DNA of 63,962 nucleotides, counting the filler, from Trypethelium eluteriae (taxonomy: Eukaryota), in assembly GCA_051942245.1 (NCBI GenBank). It is 3 parts of 3 records of this genome, joined end to end, with 100 filler letters (N's around TTAATTAATTAA, not from the genome) between each part and the next. Parts side by side here need not be neighbours in the genome. Positions count along the whole stretch, not along the records: positions 46,796 to 63,962 come from JAVECL010000598.1; 2 more parts are not named here. One strand, given 5' to 3'. A program made the translations under genes and the position numbers. Of this stretch, positions 60,769 to 63,962 are shown piece by piece. How positions within the stretch are numbered: the first letter of the stretch is position 1; every line of letters begins with the position of its first letter. The notes beneath the pieces were generated by a model that saw only the letters and a list, made by a program, of their open reading frames with translations, was not told the origin of the DNA and searched no databases.

Positions 60769-62513
60769 TCACATCCATAAGCAGAGTTTACCACTTGCGG
60801 TTCCTGCTGCAACCCAGTCCCTAACTTTACATTAGCTCGTCCCATCATGGGTGTTGGGTGCAAGTCTTTGGGTCTTACATGGTTGGGTGGAATTGTGCGA
60901 CAGCTGGAACTGCAGTTATGCCCTCACCTCCTAATTGGGCCAACTGCTTGCCATCACTCGTATAAATATCCACGAAACGGTTCATATTGCCTACTTGCCA
61001 ATCAGCACATTGATCTTTGGGAGTTATCTGGTAGTTCATGGAGAGTACCCATCACGAATCGTTGGACACTATCTTGCGGCTGAGCTTGCCATTGAGCTCG
61101 GAGTCTACGAACGTTATTAGCCATGATGTCCTTACAAGTAAATTTTCGAGAAAACGATACTTACATAGTCACCCAGCGACCCGTTTGATTATTGTGCGGT
61201 ATTATCGTCGCTGGTTTCGTTTGCTCTTCGGTTAATGACGCTCCGGCCTTCCAATCCGATGCACTGCTAAAGTCATAGATCTTGACAGTATCATCGTAAG
61301 ATGCCGTGGCAACCTGGCCTGCTGAGTTGAACGCTGCGTGAGAAACAGATAGCCTGCTTTCATGCTCCCCGACTAAGGCCGCTCTCTTAGATTCACCCTT
61401 CCCGCTGATTTTCCTCAAGTCCCAGAGCTTCATGGTGCGGTCCAAAGATGCGGTGGCAATTAGATGTGGCAGCGCTGGGTGTAAGCTGAAGCCACCTATC
61501 TTTTTGTCCGATAGTTGAAGCAGCTCAGCTTCTCCACTCGACGTACGCATGTCGTGCATTCCGAATTGACCATCCAGTGTCGTAAAGTAGACCATATGTG
61601 GTTCTGTACGCGGTATTTCAACTCCAGATAAGGGCGCATCTATCCCTCGATCCGTAGGAGCATATACCTCAACCGCCACGCCCTTTGCTAGGTCTAATTT
61701 CCTTATCGACGAGTCGTAAGATGCTGTGTACAAAATGTTGCTCTCTGTAGGGCTAAAATGCATTGCAGAAATGGTTCGAGTATGCGTCTTGAACGTAGTA
61801 ATTTCCGGCTCGGCCTCCTCATCTTCATCCTCGTCCTCATTGTCCTCTTTTTTGACCTCTGGTGAATTTTGTGAGGCATCAAATAGCCCCAAGTTACCCA
61901 GTTTGTCCCCTGCAAAGACCAATGGCTTGTCCGTGGTAGGATGAAAACCGAGAGAATAAATGCGCTCGGGTGTGATCTTGATCCTATTGGGCTCAAATTC
62001 CTCCCAAAGCTGCAATCCACTCATCTTCTCGCGAAGTGCTCTTAGCTCCTTGTCGGTCGTTTCCTTGACATTCTGGGCACTAAATGTGCGTTCTCCTGGG
62101 TTTGCCGGGCCTACATTTCTGAGGAAATTCCCGCTCTGGTTCCATGATTTACCAGCCACCACGATATCGCTGAGGTTGAGATCATCGCTTATGCGCTGAC
62201 GCTTCGCCCGATTGGCTTCCTCGATTGCTTCACGTTCTTCCTCGGCTTTGCGCTTGGCGACTTCGCTGTCGGCGACGATACCCTTCAGTCTAGACGACGT
62301 GCGACGCGGTGCAACCTCCTCTTTGATCTTTCTTTCAGTAGGCTTTTTCTTGTGGGATTTGGACGTCGAAGAATTGGTTGGCTTGGGTTTGGGCGCGACG
62401 CCGGCGGAAGCAGCTTCGAGGTTCAATTGTTTAAGGAGGGCTTGATTTTTGGCGATTTTTTCTTGCCGCTGCAGTTCATAGTCACTCAGCTCGACTTTCG
62501 CTCCTCGCGCCAT
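60769..62513 (-). CDS. CMR1: DNA damage-binding WD40 protein Cmr1/WDR76; three short 3' introns
   Basis: LSDYELQRQEKIAKNQALL, RRTSSRL, IKITPERIY, WD40 repeats and HNNQTGRWVT; the downstream exons read LRAQWQ, GNMNRFVDIY, ITAVPAVAQFHP and WVAAGTASGKLCLWM*. Confidence 0.92.
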
Positions 62514-62600
62514 CCTCGTATGGGTTATCTGAATTATGTACAGAAAAAATGACGATCGAGAATTTTGGATCGGAGAAGATGCATACCCTCGTTGAATAGG

Positions 62601-62626
62601 ACGCGTTAATAAGTGATGTCACGCGT
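62601..62626. promoter_or_regulatory. Two MCB elements (ACGCGT at 62601 and 62621) in the CMR1/MTF2-like divergent promoter
   Basis: Two exact ACGCGT hexamers 20 bp apart in a ~200-bp intergenic region. Confidence 0.55.
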
Positions 62627-62716
62627 CGGCGCCACCAAAGCACGGATCTAAACCATCTTCGTCTTCATCTTTAATTTTCAAATGTACCTCACACTCTCTC
62701 GATTACTTTTCTGTAG

Positions 62717-63962
62717 ATGTCTCCGGCAAAACCGCTCAGGTCCGCTACAACTCTTCTTCCATTTTTGTATTACACTAGAACCATTCATCGAGGTTTTTAC
62801 ATTTCTCCTCTGTCTATAATACCATCTAGCAGTTCTAGCAATCGCCATCGCCGTAATTCGAGGAGACTATGGAGTGGGAAGGCGCTGCAGGAACCCAGAA
62901 GCGTGTCGTTTTCGCGTAGCCCAAAGAGACTTAGCCGTGATTCTGATTATGTTCCTTTCGAGGTCCCAGAAGATTTGAGAAAGACGAGCCCAAAGGAGTC
63001 GTCGGAGCGAAGTGTCAAGTCAACGCTTACAGATGAGGAGGAGAAAATTTTCGCTCGTCTACTGGCCGACACGCAGAAACGTGCTGCAGAAAATGACGAC
63101 ATTCAGGAATTACGTCGCACAAGCTTGAAAGCCATCCATTCAGAAAGAGAGGACCAATCAGGGGCAGATTCCATCACCGAGATCCTCCAAGGCGCTCTGG
63201 AAGCAACCTCAATAGAAAGGTTGGCGTCAACAGACAAAAAAGAAGCGAATATATCAACGACGATGCCGCCACCTCTGCGGACTCTCCTAAAGGCAAAGCG
63301 GGCCTCTATAGAACGAGACAGACCAACCTCCACGGCACATCAAGACGAGCGCATCATCAACCGCGCCCAAGACATGGAATTCGCCCGCGTCGACAAACTC
63401 CTTGCCTCCGCCAAAACCGACGTCGAACTCTGGAACATCCTCGAAAAGCACGTCTTCGCCCGCATCCAAACCCTGCAGACCTCCGTCTCCCCCTCTTCCA
63501 CCAGCGATAGCGCCGCCTCGAGCCGCGCCCACAAAGAACGCATCAAGTCGACCGCCACCCACGCCGCAACGCTGCACCCGACGGAGCTCACGCGGCAGTC
63601 CGCCAGAAACCCAGCGCCGACGCCCACCTCGAGCAGCAAACCGGCTCCGCACCAAGCCCACCGGGACGCGGCGCTCGCGCTCCTCGGGCCCAACTACTCG
63701 GCGTGGCTGGTGCGCGCGCTCCGCCTGCTCCGCCACGACTTCCCGAGCTCGACGCTCGCCTTCTCGCTGCTGCCGCGCGTCAAGGCGCTGGGCGTCGCGA
63801 GCTATGCGCTGGGCGCGAGCACGATGCTGTATAATGAGCTGGTGTCGCTGCACTGGACGGGGTTTGGCGATCTCGAGGGCGTGGATGCGCTGCTGAGGGA
63901 GATGGAGGTTGGGGGGCTGGACTTCGATGCGGGGACGTTGGAGGTGCTGGATGCGATTGTGG
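62717..63962 (+). CDS. Mtf2-like mitochondrial protein, 3' end beyond the window
   Basis: Frame starts MSPAKPLRSATTLLPFLYYTRT; the window end reads LLPRVKALGVASYALGASTMLYNELVSLHW...LLREMEVGGLDFD (Mtf2-like C-terminal domain). It is presumably absent from the ORF track because it has no stop in the window. Confidence 0.75.
   Translation, partial: MSPAKPLRSATTLLPFLYYTRTIHRGFYISPLSIIPSSSSSNRHRRNSRRLWSGKALQEPRSVSFSRSPKRLSRDSDYVPFEVPEDLRKTSPKESSERSVKSTLTDEEEKIFARLLADTQKRAAENDDIQELRRTSLKAIHSEREDQSGADSITEILQGALEATSIERLASTDKKEANISTTMPPPLRTLLKAKRASIERDRPTSTAHQDERIINRAQDMEFARVDKLLASAKTDVELWNILEKHVFARIQTLQTSVSPSSTSDSAASSRAHKERIKSTATHAATLHPTELTRQSARNPAPTPTSSSKPAPHQAHRDAALALLGPNYSAWLVRALRLLRHDFPSSTLAFSLLPRVKALGVASYALGASTMLYNELVSLHWTGFGDLEGVDALLREMEVGGLDFDAGTLEVLDAIV

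Overview
Eukaryotic DNA from a filamentous ascomycete (Pezizomycotina-type short GT-AG introns, RIP-mutated repeats). The window is three contigs joined by two artificial 100-bp spacers (N44-TTAATTAATTAA-N44 at 23305-23404 and 46696-46795), so adjacency across them is not evidence of linkage. Contig 1 (1-23304) and contig 3 (46796-63962) are gene-dense core regions: DPP5-like peptidase, Fun30/SMARCAD1, VMA21, DUF2406 protein, calnexin, methylmalonate-semialdehyde dehydrogenase, ATG6, SCM3-Myb, partial cysteine synthase, SRP54, PTH11-like protein, F-box protein, RRP15, a substrate-binding-fold protein, COQ9, CMR1 and an MTF2-like gene. Contig 2 (23405-46695) is accessory: a secreted CheD/CNF1-like protein, relics of an NRPS-like thioesterase and a diterpene synthase, a pseudogenised CCCH-AAA-AAA-HET fusion, and a RIP-mutated Gypsy chromovirus nested in a pogo/Fot1 transposon. 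The standout is at 26733-26907 (-): a tRNA-Asn(GUU) gene apparently interrupted by TWO spliceosomal-type introns (GT...branch site...AG, 46 and 47 nt) plus an ordinary 8-nt tRNA intron. Removing all three gives a fully paired 74-nt cloverleaf followed by a T8 Pol III terminator. All family assignments come from motif recognition by eye; no searches were run.
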